The notes under the pieces: generated by a model
What the model saw: the letters and a program-made list of their open reading frames with translations, nothing else
Told to the model about the DNA's origin: nothing
The model's database searches: none
Assembly: GCA_002189035.1 (NCBI GenBank)
Contig: NEEC01000017.1
Location: 992,001 to 1,056,000, forward strand
DNA: 64,000 nucleotides
DNA from: Utricularia gibba
Taxonomy: Eukaryota > Plantae > Magnoliophyta
Direction: 5' to 3'
Program-made: the position numbers and the translations under genes
In this document: one piece after another, positions 43,213-56,309 of the stretch
Layout: the number at the start of each line of letters is the position of its first letter
Position numbering within the stretch: the stretch's first letter is position 1

Positions 43213-45019
43213 TCATAATTTCAGCTTCGTTCTCCACAGCTCTCCTATGACGGCTTTCGGTTGCGGGTTATCGGGGCCTCTATCTCGTTGCCCGGACGTG
43301 AAGTACAACCAGCCATCCCAGAAGCCAGCCATGGTGGTTTTTACTCGGAAAGGGAGCTTCCCGATGACAGACCACTCCTGCAATGCGCAGTGGAGATTAC
43401 GTGGGAAGGTGTCGAGGTTATAGGGTGGACAGGGATGGGACCGTACCAGTGTGTCCAACCGGAGCTGGAAGATCTCTCCCACTAACATCATCTTTTTGGT
43501 GACGGGGTGGTTCTCTGTCGTGCCTCCGACTATGATTATGGAGTTGTCTACGATTACCCAAGAAGATTCAATGTGGGAGTCGGGCTTCGGCATTGGGGCC
43601 ACCACCTTCCACTTCATCTCCTTGTCGAGCATATAAACATCACTGTAGATCACCTGTGGGAATGAATACGCTCGCTCTCAGAAGGCTTGTGCATCGTGTT
43701 ATTAGACCAAAGCCACTGATTCTCAGCTATGAAAAAGTGTAGGGAATCGATCTACAGACCTGGGGCTTCCGGGTGCACTTGAAGATAGGTGAGCCTGGCT
43801 TTGGCATGAAATCACCCTCCTGGCCGCCAATAACGTAGAGCTTGTCATCCACAGCAACACAAGACCTGTATGAGTAAGACCATTAAACCATACAGAAGTA
43901 GTCGGAATATGAGAACCCAAAACAAAAAGGCAGTCAACAAGTATACCTGTGTGGCCCTCCTCGTGGTACAGGTATCTCATTTCGCCATTCCTTCTCAAGA
44001 GCTCTACCATTTTTAACCGCAATACTCCAGTGATCGATCGCAGGAGCACCACGATTTTCCTTACTGCCTCCCATTACGTGGAGTCTTCCTCTCCATAGCT
44101 GAGTTGCTGGCGCATACCTGAAGTCGCATTGTTAGTAAATGCCTTTTGTTGCCTACGCAATCTCCAATTAGCCAAGGGTATTGGAGTCACTTGTAACAAT
44201 CTCCACTCAGATGAGCCCAAGGCAAGTCAAAGCTAACTAGAAAAAAGTGCAACTATCAGAATATAACTGAAGGAAAAGCGTATACCTAGAAGCTGGTAAT
44301 GGTGGAAACTTTTCCCAACTTTTGGTGACAGTGTCTAACACGAAGGTACGGCTTGTTGGAGGAACGCTGCACTGCGGACCGGGTTGCCCCGCCACAACAT
44401 ATATGTATCTGCCATCACATGCCATCCCCAAATGCGAATTTGCCATTTCCTTGGGCGTCTCTATTCTCCCACACCAAGTGTTATCACTAAAATTGAAGAT
44501 ATCAGCGTGAGAATGAACCTACATTTTCGCATTTCAGAACAATGAGAACATTCGGTTAATCAGGCGATGTTTCGCAAATTCAGGAAGTGTTTCACGTACG
44601 TAGTCGATAGTGCCGTATCCTGAAAAAACGTAGAAAAGATTCTTTATCTGAATCGCGAATCCATCCAAGCGAGGCACAGGGGCCGACGGCATTTGCTCCC
44701 ATTCTAGCTCCGGCGCCGGCAAATCGCCGAATGTAGGCGACATCATCTGCGATTTCATCAACTCAAACCTAGATCTGAAACCCTGGTTGGCTCCTCCAAT
44801 TAAAGCACTTACCTCCTGTGTTATGGTGACATTGCGCGGCTTCGGCTTGACAATGACATGATTCTCCTCATTTGTCGACCATCGCGACGCGATGGAGAGA
44901 TACGCGGATGAAGTTTTCGAGGAGGATGCCCAGAGCAAATCCAGCATGAAAACTATACCGATGAGGAAAACGAGTGCCAATACGGCGGCGGATTTGTGAC
45001 TTCCATAGCCAGATCTCAT
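43213..45019 (-). CDS. Kelch-repeat (galactose oxidase-like) protein with N-terminal membrane anchor, multi-exon
   Basis: LEWEQMPSAPVPRLDG; MANSHLGMACDGRYIYVVAGQ; RLHVMGGSKENR; VIGGQEGDFMPKPGSPIFKC; FWDGWLYFTSGQRDRGP. Confidence 0.9.
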
Positions 45020-45764
45020 TTTCGAGCGGGATGGAGAGGCGTGAGCGCGGAAGAAGAATCATTTATGGGAGAAGGAGACGCGGCGCTGGAGCAATGAATC
45101 ACTGGAAAGAGATGAAGTGAATCTTGGGGGCGCCCACTCTCTCTGCGGCGTGCGCCCCTTGTTTGTGCCTTCCATTTTATAAGGTACAGCCTTCGACTGT
45201 TTTATGAGCTTTTCTTTAAGTGGGCCGCAGGGCCTTGTTTGAAAGGTGGACACGAGGCCCAACAATGTCGAATGACACGAACCAATCATCTATTCGCGCA
45301 TCGTCTTTCATTGCACTCCTGTCATCTGGTTCCATTCCCTTCCTCGGTCGGATCTCCGTCGCCGGCTTCTGTTAAGCTTCTCTGAATTCGAAGGTGCTTT
45401 TTTTTTTTTTAATTCTATAAAAAGGCTGTGCATTCAAAATCTGCAATGGATTCGTGACGTGTGGTTGCGACACCTTGTTTGCGGACATTTTTTGTAGTTA
45501 CGCTGTCGATCGACGATTCATACTGGTTTCATTGGATTTGGTTTCTTATAATGCTTACTGGTCATTCTTTAAATGTTAAAGAGTCATTCAGGCTTGTAGG
45601 TACTGATTTTTTTTTTTTTTTTGTAATTATTGTGGTATAAGGGTCCCGAAAAAGATTCGAGTTTCGATTATATATTATGCACTTTTGTTGAAGTCTCTAG
45701 TTATAAATTTTTTTATAAAAAATTTCCTTCTTTTTGCGCAAAAAGCAGGTTGTCGCTGCTCAAG

Positions 45765-47620
45765 ATGATGGGAAGCAGCAGGATTAACCAGCTGTTGAGA
45801 GATGGCCTGCGGTCTAGAGCAAATGTCATTTTCCTATTACTCCTAATCTGTGCTTATCTTTTTTTATTTTTTTGTGACGTCTCAGAAGGGAGCAGTTTAT
45901 CAAACTGCGGATGCTGTTGACCATGCCTTTCATGGTGACCAATGACAAATTTAGTCGTTTTTTCATTTCCAGGTTTCATCATTTTTTGCATCTTCTGCTT
46001 CCAAAAAGGGGCAAGAAGAAGCTGGATCTGCCACCCGGAGGTCCACTAGGGCATTTTGTCTGTTTGGAGCAGGTTTAACAGGACTACTAGGTTTTTCAAC
46101 AGTGTCATCATGTGATGAAGCTGAACATGGTTTAGATGCTCCTAGCTATCCTTGGCCACACAAGGGAATTTTAAGTTCATATGACCATGCTTCGTGAGTT
46201 CATTTCCTTCTCATTTTACTGATTATTGTTATTGTTATTCTACGCAAATTACATCCCATGTTTATGCTTCAAGTTGTTTCATATGAACCCGGTCTATGCC
46301 AATAATTCTAATTTTTATTTATAGGCTTTTCATTTTTTTGATTTTTTAAATTCCCCATAATACATAGAAGCCAAGTGTTGGTTTTTCTACATCGGTGTTT
46401 ATGCATTATCATCACTATTAAGATGGCAGCTTTATCATAGCGTGTTTCAAAGAAATGTAACTAACTGTGACTTGGTAATGAACAGAATTCGTCGTGGTCA
46501 CCAGGTGTACCAGCAAGTCTGTGCGTCTTGCCACTCTATGAGCTTGGTTTCCTATCGTGACTTGGTAGGTGTGGCTTATACAGAGGAGGAAACTAAGGCC
46601 ATGGCTGCAGAGATTGAGGTTGTTGATGGGCCAAATGATGAAGGAGAGATGTTCACTCGCCCTGGGAAACTGAGTGATCGTTTTCCTGAGCCATATGCAA
46701 ATGAGCAGGCTGCTAGGTTTGCAAACGGGGGAGCCTATCCTCCAGATTTAAGCCTCATAACCAAAGTAATTGTTTCTTTACATTTCTTTTTCTTTTTCCA
46801 AAAGATGCCCATTTTTCTTCAAGTTTTATCTCTTGTTGTGTGTGGTGTAATGATTCAAAACTTCATTTTTGCAGGCGCGTCATAATGGTCAAAACTATGT
46901 TTTTGCACTTTTAACTGGTTACCGTGATCCTCCGGCTGGAATTTCTGTAAGATTCTTACTTTTTTACACTTCTGTTTTGTTATGCATAAAAGTTGTTAGG
47001 ATAACAACCTCGGCATTATGCAAATACTGTTGGTTTTTTTTTTTTTTTTCTGCAATCTTGCTGATGTAAATTTTTGGTGCTCATTTCCCCGTTTTACATT
47101 CCATTTCAGATCCGTGAAGGGTTGCACTATAATCCATACTTTCCGGGGGTGCTATTGCCATGCCCAAAATGCTTATCGATGGAGCTGTAGAGTACGAAGA
47201 TGGTACCCCTGCCACAGAAGCTCAGGTATCCCTTGTGCACATCAAATCTCTGGTAGTTATTTGGAACACCCCATCAATCCAAAGAAGCTCGAAACCTCTA
47301 AGACATAAGTGATGGCTTCATTCCCCCTGCCTGCTTATATCATCGATTTGCTCCATCCTGCCTCTCCAGATGGGAAAAGACGTGGTGACATTTCTGGCGT
47401 GGGCTGCAGAGCCTGAAATGGAAGAGAGGAAACTGGTGAGTAGCACCCTCCCCACCTCATCCTGTTCCACAAACACAGTCTAAAATCTTGGTAAAACACA
47501 CAGATGGGATTCAAGTGGATACTCGTTCTGTCTCTCGCCCTCCTCCAAGCTGGTTACTACAGACGAATGAAATGGTCTGTTCTCAAATCAAGGAAGCTGG
47601 TTCTTGATGTCGTCAACTAG
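45765..47620 (+). CDS. CYC1: Mitochondrial cytochrome c1 (nuclear-encoded), multi-exon; apparent -1 frameshift at 47145-47149
   Basis: DEAEHGL; [23 protein letters not shown]; [12 protein letters not shown]; [16 protein letters not shown]; [10 protein letters not shown][G]AIAMPKML; [16 protein letters not shown]. Confidence 0.95.
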
Positions 47621-48417
47621 TCATCGGTACGCCTCTTTATTGCTTCTGAGGGATGAATAATCAACCAATCATCTTGCCACTGCCATCGCGGTGCTGCCTG
47701 CCCCCATCCACTTTACCTGGAAAATCATCAGGCACTCAAAACTCCCATTTTTTTAGAACGTTGATACGCAGCTAAACTGTTCATGATATTGATTTACATG
47801 GAGTGTCTTCTGTTTAACTCAGTCATAGTTGTATTTAAAATAACATGCAACAAGGGGAAGGGTATACCTGGAGCTTCAAATTTTGAGAGATTAAAGGATT
47901 GTCGTCGGATCATGTTTTCATGTTCGTATTCGAATGAAAACAGAATCTATTCTGATTATGAATTTTTTTAATTTATTCTGATTAATTTTTTTAAAGATTT
48001 TCATATTTAATTCTTATATAGTAAAACTAGAAATTTAAATTGTGTAATTAAATTTAAAAATTATTGAATTTATTAAATTTCTGTTTCATAAATTAAATAA
48101 TAGATTAATTAAAAAAGTGTAATATTAATTTTTTATTTATTTTAAATATATATTTATATCATAAGATTAAATTATATAATAATTTAATATATTAAATTTT
48201 ATAATATTTCATAAAATAATTTTATAATTTCAAATTAATTTATTCACATAATTTTAAAACTTATTGTATTTTACATCATTTGAAGCATAACTTCGTATTA
48301 CAAAATATTTTGTATATATCTTTACTTTCATGTTAACTAATGATTCATTTGAATTATTTATATTTATACGTATATTTGATAGTATTTATAACTGTATTTA
48401 AAATATTATTATGTTTG

Positions 48418-48444
48418 ATATATATATATATATATATATATATT

Positions 48445-48487
<43 letters not shown>
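48418..48487. repeat. Interrupted (TA)n microsatellite within an AT-rich segment
   Basis: Two TA runs separated by TTAAC. Confidence 0.95.
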
Positions 48488-48491
<4 letters not shown>

Positions 48492-49044
48492 TAATGAAAT
48501 TATATAATTATTTTAAAAATTATACATGTATTAAATAATAAAGATGTCAAACAGACATAATTATTAATATAAATGTATTTGGAATCATAATTAAATCTAC
48601 TAAATATGATCAAATTTTAATAATTTTGATTTGTGTAAATTTAAATCGTAATATAAAATTTTGGTTTAAATAAGAATAGGTAATAAATTAGTTTTACTTA
48701 AGAAAAATAATTGATTTACTAATAATTTTATTTTTACTATATTAAACATATGATGAATGATCAGACGAGCAAAATTTATGGATGGTGTCCAAACTCCATC
48801 CCGATATTGACAATAAATAGTTAGAAAAAAAAGGTGATAGCATAGGGGGAGCCCTACAATCTTGAAATCGCGTGGATGGGCGCCAAATCCAACCAGGCCT
48901 TGGTTTCCCAACGATGGCCGCCCATCTCGGGCTCTGTTGTATTGAGCCCTTCTGCCTTCTTCATCTATGTTTTCACTGGGTTTTCGCTGGGATTCAGTGG
49001 AAAGGCTGAGAGGGTGAAGAAGGCAACTGGAGAGGTTGTGCGAT

Positions 49045-52002
49045 ATGAAGGATGAGAGAAAGCCCTGGGAGTGTCCCGCCGTGTCCGGAAGAACCAGAAG
49101 TCGCTGGGACGCGTTTTACACAAGTATATGCCCTGACGACAATAACCCAAGTATGAACTTTAGCAGTATTTTTATGGAGTTTGCCCGATGTCTCTGGTTG
49201 TTAGGTAGCTGAAGTTTGGATTTTTTTATGCGAAGTTAGTTGCTTGGAGCTGCATCCGGGTTCTTTAGGGAGTTGGTCGTGGCTTAGATGGTGAGGTTTA
49301 GGTTCTCATAGCTGCTCTGATGACCAAAAAAGTTGGAAACTTTCAACTCCATGTATGATTTTGAATGTTCGCCAGTTTCGTTTGTGTATCCCGCCTTTGC
49401 ATGCTTAGCAGTCGTACGATGTCCCTGTCATGTGCAAGGTGGCGTTCGAATCTGGGTGTTTTACGCTTTGTATTGCATGCTGATAGGTCATCACTTTGGA
49501 AGTGCTGCAGATTTGGGTGATGGGGAATGTAAAGCTGAAGCAAACATTTCAGAGGATACCATCGACGTTGACAATGTTTTTGCTTCCTACAACATCAGGA
49601 CGGAAGCGAGGGAATTCAACATCACCCAACCCAGAAAAAAACCGTGCAGAAGAGTTGGAATCGAAACTGAGAAACCCAATTTGGCGAAGCTTTTGGCAGA
49701 TTTCATTTCGAGGGAGGAGTTTCTGTCTCCAAAACATGGCCATGTTTCGGCCAGCCTTGATTGGCTTACGAAATTCAAGTTCGAAGACGACCCAAACCCG
49801 GTTTCCGAAGAAGAAACGAAGCGGAATGCGGAAATAGAGTCTTTATTCATCGAGTTGGAGATGTGTCTTTGCGAATCTGGAACTGGGCTCAATGACAATT
49901 CGTCCACTGTACGTTGATTCAAGTTTCAGCTGATTTTGGAAATTGGTTTCTGATTTTTCTTGCTTTGTTACAAGTGCAGATTGAGGTGGAAATGAGGGAT
50001 GAAACTCCGGCAGCGCGTTGTGGCTGCGGAGTGCATGACCCTTTTCTTGATGAGGAGATCGGGATCGTGTGTAGGTTATGCTCTGTTTTGCTGGTTGATA
50101 TCAAGTTCGTCCTTCCTCCCATGGTAACGTCATCTAGTTAAAGTTCCAGAATCAATTTCAATCAATTTCATTTTGTTGAGATTTGGATTTTGTGCAGATT
50201 GCAGAAGCTTATCAGAGAAGCGCGAGTACAGTTGAGAGATCAAAATCTGATAGATCCACCATTTCCGGGGTTGATTTCGAGCAAGCTCGTAGCGGCGGCG
50301 ATTTTATATTTCCGGTGAGTTTGAAAGAAGGTACAGTTATGGATTTGATTCCCCGTGGAGAGACGGAACTCTACTCGCATCAGCTAGATGCATTCATGTT
50401 CCTATGGCGGAGAATCGCTGGAGAAACACGGATCGACAAACTGCCACCAAACTTGCCGGATTCTGGCGGTAGAGGCGCCATAATCTGCCACGCACCGGGG
50501 ACCGGAAAAACACGTTTGGCAATCGTGTTTCTGGAGACAATGATGAAGCTTTATCCCAGTTGCCGGCCGATGATCGTCGCTCCCAGAGGAATGCTTCTCA
50601 GTTGGGAGAAAGAGTTTAGGAGATATGCAGTTGAGATGAACTTCCATAACCTGAATAACAGCAGTCTGACCAGAGAAGAAACGGAAACCGCTGCTGAAAT
50701 CGATGTAGCTGAAGGAGATAAAGGCTGCGTTCGCCTGGTAAAAATGTGCTCTTGGATAAAGGGCGGCGGGGCACTTGGAATAGGGTACCGTCTGTTCGAA
50801 GAACTCGCCGGAGGAAGTCGCAAACGTCGGAAAAACAATCTGTTCAAGAAACTGCTACTGGAATATCCCGGGGTCCTAGTTCTTGACGAAGGGCATACTC
50901 CAAGAAACAAACGGACTCTGGTCTGGAATGCTCTCTCCAAAGTGTCCACAAAGAGAAGAGTAATTCTCTCAGGAACGCCATTTCAGAACAATTTCACAGA
51001 GCTCTACAACACACTGTGTCTCGTGAATCCTGAGTTTGCTCAGCAAGCTCGCCAGAACACAAAGATCTGGTCGTGCTTACAGAGCTCCGTCAACAAGAAC
51101 ATCAATAAAGATCAAGGAATCGCTTCATTACGAGCTATGATTAAGCCTTTGCAAACATATATAAAGGTGGGATCCTGCACACTCTCCCTGGAATGAACGA
51201 AAGCTTGATCATCTTGAAACCGACTGATTTGCAGAGGAAACTGTTGCAGAAAATTGATACCCTCGATAACTTTCTGGACAAAACATACCTTGCTTCTGTT
51301 ACATCAGTCCACCCTTCGCTTGTCATCGACAAGCCGGAGTTCTCTGAGTACTGCAGACTGCTCAAGGCCGTCGAATCGGACCCCGATGCCGGCGTTAAAA
51401 CCCGCTTCTTGCTCAAGCTAATCGAGTTGGCGGTCCGGCAGCAGGAGAAGGTGTTAGTTTTCAGCCAATACAAAAAGCCACTATTTCATGCGAAGAAGCT
51501 ACTGAAGGCGAGATTCATATGGAGCCAAGGCCGGGAAGTGATGCACATGGACGGAGACACAAGCATAGAGCAACGGCAATGTTTGATCGACTTGTTTAAC
51601 GACGAAACCAGTGAAGCGAAGGTGATGCTAGCTTCAGAGAGAGCCTGTTTCGAGGGAATAAGCTTGGTGGGTGCTTCGAGGGTGGTGCTGTTGGACGTCG
51701 TCTGGAATCCGGCAGTCGAACGGCAGGCGATATGCCGAGCTTACAGACTCGGGCAACGGAAGATGGTTCACGTGTACCATCTAATGACACCTGAGGAGGA
51801 GAAGAAGTACGCACGGGGGGCGATGAAGGAGAAGGTGTCAAGGCTGTTGTTCACTGAGACGGCGGCGACGGCGAGAACGGCCGTACGTGGGTGTGAAAAG
51901 GGGACGAGAGATGACGCAATCTTGGCTGCCATGTTGAACCATGAGAGCTTGTCGTCCATGTTCGAGAGGATCGTGCATCGAGGGGACGACTTCTTCGTCT
52001 AG
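49045..52002 (+). CDS. CLSY3: Compact CLASSY3/4-like SNF2 chromatin remodeller (exons ~49045-49150, 49511-49908, 49980-50122, 50198-52002); apparent -1 frameshift at 51148-51150
   Basis: KFKFEDDPNP...ESLFIELEMCL; CGVHDPFLDEEIGIVCRLC; HAPGTGKT; LDEGH; LSGTPFQNN; EGISLVGASRVVLLDVVWNP; QAICRAYRLGQ. CLSY3 versus CLSY4 not resolved; exon 1 is inferred. Confidence 0.85.
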
Positions 52003-52664
52003 GGGAGTTTTTCGAGTTTGCGAATCGGACACGCGTGTCGGAACCGTATTGGTGTCATGGAAGTTGTGTACGTACACGACGCAGCTACCAAGCACGCGGA
52101 AAATTGATTAGGCGGAGGAAAATTTTGAAGATGTGGACCCCACTATAAGCCGCCCCCACGCCCCCTTTATTTTGTCAATTCTTTTGCTCTCTTTCTCTCT
52201 CTTCTATCTCTCTACGGACGGAAGATCAGTTCCTGTGGAATTGTTTTTTTTTTTTTTTTCAAAGGGCTTCGCGATTCTTTATTCTCCGTCTCCTGCTGCC
52301 GGCGGCGTTCATTGGAGTGGAGTCTGGAGACATAGGATTCTCAAAATAGTGCGGTCCATCGGTTTGTTTGTTCGTCGCGTGGGATTTTCAGATTAGGATT
52401 GTGATTTCTGGATTCTAGGGTTTCCTTCTTCCGTTCAGGTTAATTTATTCGTAGGAAAAATTATTGGCGCTTGCTGTTTGTAGTGTAAATTCTACTTCAA
52501 AGGGAGTGAAGGAACCTTCGAGGGTTAGACTCTCATCTAGGTAAGCTTTTGTTTTTAGGGTTAAAAGTTTTGAACGTTGCATTGTAAATTAGTGATCCAG
52601 TTCGATATCCAGAGCCGTGTTTGGAACTAGCGGTTTCTGCTGAGTTCCGAGGCTGGTTGGCTTG

Positions 52665-55451
52665 ATGATGGCTAAGAAGGATAGGTTTGCACCGGGGTTT
52701 TCTACTAGTTTTGCTCCTCGTGATGCATCCGAAGGATCGAATGACTCGGGAAATGTTGATTCTACGGAACATTCTTCCGTACTAACAAGGAAATGGATTG
52801 ATGTGAATTCTTCCGCCAGGGATGGTTTGGCTGTGCCAATGCAGGTTATTTCTGTTTCCAAATTGTCCACGTCTGAGAGAAAGAAATTGCTACACCGGTT
52901 GACATCGGAGCTCAAAAAGATTCAAATTTTACAAAATAAAATCGATTCAGAGAAGAAAATTAATGTTAATGGAGCTGCACAGTCCTCTGTTTTGGGTTCT
53001 GGATCAGAAAGGGGAAAAAAGCGACCGGAAACTTCTAGTGTGAAGAAAACCTCTGGTTTAGGTTCTGGATCACGAGGAAAGGCGAGCAGTTTAAATCGAG
53101 GTGTTACCGGAAGATTTGAGCCAGTTAACCAAAAAGGTCGTGCAACTGCGGATGCTGAACTATTCAGGCAGTGTGACAGTTTGCTGAAGAAATTGATGGG
53201 GCAGCAGTATTCTTGGGTTTTTAATACTCCTGTTGATGTGGTGCAACTGAAGATTCCTGATTACTTTGATATTATTAAGAATCCCATGGATCTTGGGACG
53301 ATAAAGAAAAAGCTCACATCTGGAAAGTACTCCAGCCCTCTGGAATTTCTAGATGATGTCAGATTGACGTTTTCTAATGCAAAAACTTACAATCCACCTG
53401 GCTCAGATGTCCATGTTATTGCTGAAACAATGTCCCAGTTCTTTGAAGTTAGATGGAAAGCTATAGAGAAAAAACTTGCAACAAGAACTCCTAAAACCCT
53501 GCCTAAAACGTCAGGAATTTTAGAGGACAGGGAAAATATAAAGCCATTGTCCCCCATGAAAAAGAGGAAGCTCAGCCCTGTTTCACCAGAAGTCATTGTA
53601 GAACACACAGTCCAGAAGATGTCCGATGAGGAAAAGCTTAGGATGAGTAGGGAGTTAGAAGATTTTGGTGGTGATCTGCCTGAAAGCATTGTGGAGTTTT
53701 TAAAGTCACAAAGTTCAAATGGTGGAGATGAGGATGAGATTGAAATTGACATTGATGAATTAGGTGATGAGACCTTATTCACCTTAAGGAAGCTTCTAGA
53801 TGTCCATTTGCTTGAGAAACAAAAGAACCTCATCAAATCTGAAGTTTGTGAAATTGAGGTAATTGATTTTCAACTTCTCCTTCACAAGTAGTTTTCTATG
53901 TTAGCTGATTTTCCCATTGCGTGCGATCTATTTGTATTCTAATGATTTCTCTCACTCAGCTACCAAATGTATCCGGATTCAGCAATTCTTCAGCACATGC
54001 TGACAAAGGTTCTAGTTTTTCTCCTTTATTTATATGCAATGTGAATTGGATGAGATTTTGCCTTACCATTTTCATTTTCATTTTCACATCCATTATTAGG
54101 AAGCGATCCTGTGGACCAAGATGTAGATATTGGAGAAAACGAGGTTGCTCTCTGCACTGATCCGTTAGTCTTGGTTGACCAAGATGCTGATGGACTAGCT
54201 GAAGAATGTAATCTAGCTTTATTCACTTCCATGATTTTGTTGTCCCTTCACATTTTATTTACTAGTAGAATGTCCGCCTCTTTTCCTCGTCAAGTTGAAA
54301 TCTTATGTTGTGCGTTGTGCAAGTCCTTCATTCTCTTTAAAGTATGGGGTGCTTCTCAGCATGTTGAGTTGTGCTGGGATCTCGAATTTTCCTTGCTTTG
54401 AAATTACAAGAAATATAGGTGATTGATGTAAATATAGAAATCAAAATAAATCTGATGATGGACTTGATTATCCATACAGCTTCTAGGGGTGTGTCAAGTG
54501 GTCTTGAACCCGCTTTGTGTATGAAGTCTTATGAACCTAGTTCTGGTGATCAACTGGATGGTGAGCAGCATAAATGATGATTTTTCCTTGATCTCTGTTG
54601 TTTCCCTAAAATTTCTCTCTGGTTGTTTAAGCATCAGGAGAGCGTGTGCAGCAGCTTGAGAGACAGGTGTCTCCTGACAAGCTGTATAGGGCTGCCCTTT
54701 TGAAAAATCGTTTCGCGGACACCATCTTGAAAGCTCGAGAAAAGACACTCACGCAGGTCGTTGATTTTCTCCATTAATCCTGTTTCCGGGTTGGCCTCCT
54801 AGGTGTGTACCTAATAGATTCTGTGAGCCAGGATGATAAAGCGGACCCAGAGAAACTCCGGCGTGAAAGAGAGGAGCTTGAGATGCTGAAAAAGAAAGGT
54901 CCCCCCTCCCCCCTTCAACTTGAGCATTTAAAACGATCATGGGGTAACGTAATTGTCACAATGATACTTTTGTTGACCAGAGAAGGCAAGGCTGCAAGAA
55001 GAAGCCAGAGCTGCAGAAGATGCACGCAGACGACTAGAAGAAGAAGCCGCAGCCAAGGAAAGGAGGAAGATAGAACTTGAAAGAGAAGCAGCCAGAGAAG
55101 CATTGCTCAAGGTCAGCCTCAACTTTTCCTACTATTTCACCCCAGCTCTGATCTATACTAACCCATTGTCGCACACAGATGGAGAAGACCGTCGAAATCA
55201 ATGAAAACTCCCGGTTTCTCGAGGACCTCGAGATGCTACGAGTTGCCCCTCCTGAACAACTCCCAAGTTCTGTTGATGAAACCAGCCCAGATCACTCACA
55301 GGATGCCTTCGGCAGCTTCAAGTTCGTGGGCAGCAGCAATCCCTTAGAACAGTTAGGACTTTACATGAAAGTGGACGAAGAGGAGGAGGAAGCCGAACCC
55401 TCAGGACTCCCTATCACAAAGACCGATGTGGAGGAAGGAGAAATCGATTAC
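52665..55451 (+). CDS. GTE8: BET bromodomain/ET protein, GTE8/9/11 type, multi-exon; expected stop reads TAC
   Basis: WVFNTPVD...[14 protein letters not shown]; [13 protein letters not shown]; ET domain EIEIDID; [26 protein letters not shown]; [11 protein letters not shown]; DVEEGEID. The reading frame continues to 55571 as assembled. Confidence 0.88.
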
Positions 55452-56309
55452 CCTCAGCCCACTCTCCCCCAACACAAGAAGAACAAGAAATGCCCCATAG
55501 CAGCGAATGATGATCATGTCCAGACCGCTGGCTCCCAAATATGTTGTATGATGAATGGGTGGCTCCATTAGCAGCTCAGGAGGAAGCCTGGAGGCCCCTC
55601 TTGTATATTTAGTGATGGCTGCTGTCAGACTTGTATTGTTGATGGGCTTTAGATTCGTCTCTCACCAATGACTGCTACCGGACACACACAGGCACTGGTG
55701 GATGGGTAACTCTACTCCGTCCGAGAAGATGGTTTCTCATCATGTGGTTTTCGTTCTGTTTCATCGGTGAGACAAAACAAAGCACGAAATTTGGTCTTGT
55801 TCTGCATGCTACGTTTGTATCTGTGGATTGGAATATTGGATTTTATACGATACGTTGTGATAATATTTAATGTGTGTTTGTTAGAGGATGTTTGATAGTT
55901 AGGTATATAAATTTTATATTTAATTTTATAAATATATTATTATTTGATTAATATATACATATTAATTTATAATTATATTATTCATATAATCATTTTTTGA
56001 ACATAGAGTGAAAATGATTAATTATATTTATACTAATCACATATTCAAATTCTATTTTCGAATATGGATATTATATTTACTTAAATATATGTATATATTA
56101 AATTACATTATAATTAAACATTCTAATAATCTAATATAAAACTACATATTAGTATATTGGTTATAAATTGAGCGCCTGTGCAACACCTTGATTGCTTTTC
56201 AGTTGCGGATTCCGACGAGTTGATCCCGAAAAAGGAGCGTTGGCAGCTCCGCCGCAGCCGCCGTAGGCGTTTTTCATCCTGATTTGATTTGTTCATCTTG
56301 CAAGACGGC

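Noticed and set aside
45765-47620. Cytochrome c1 as an organellar insertion (NUMT)
   Set aside because: It has spliceosomal GT-AG introns and a presequence, so it is the normal nuclear gene.
55884-56125. Possible Tourist-like MITE between GTE and TLC
   Set aside because: The TIR match is weak (~10/13) and the TSDs do not agree.
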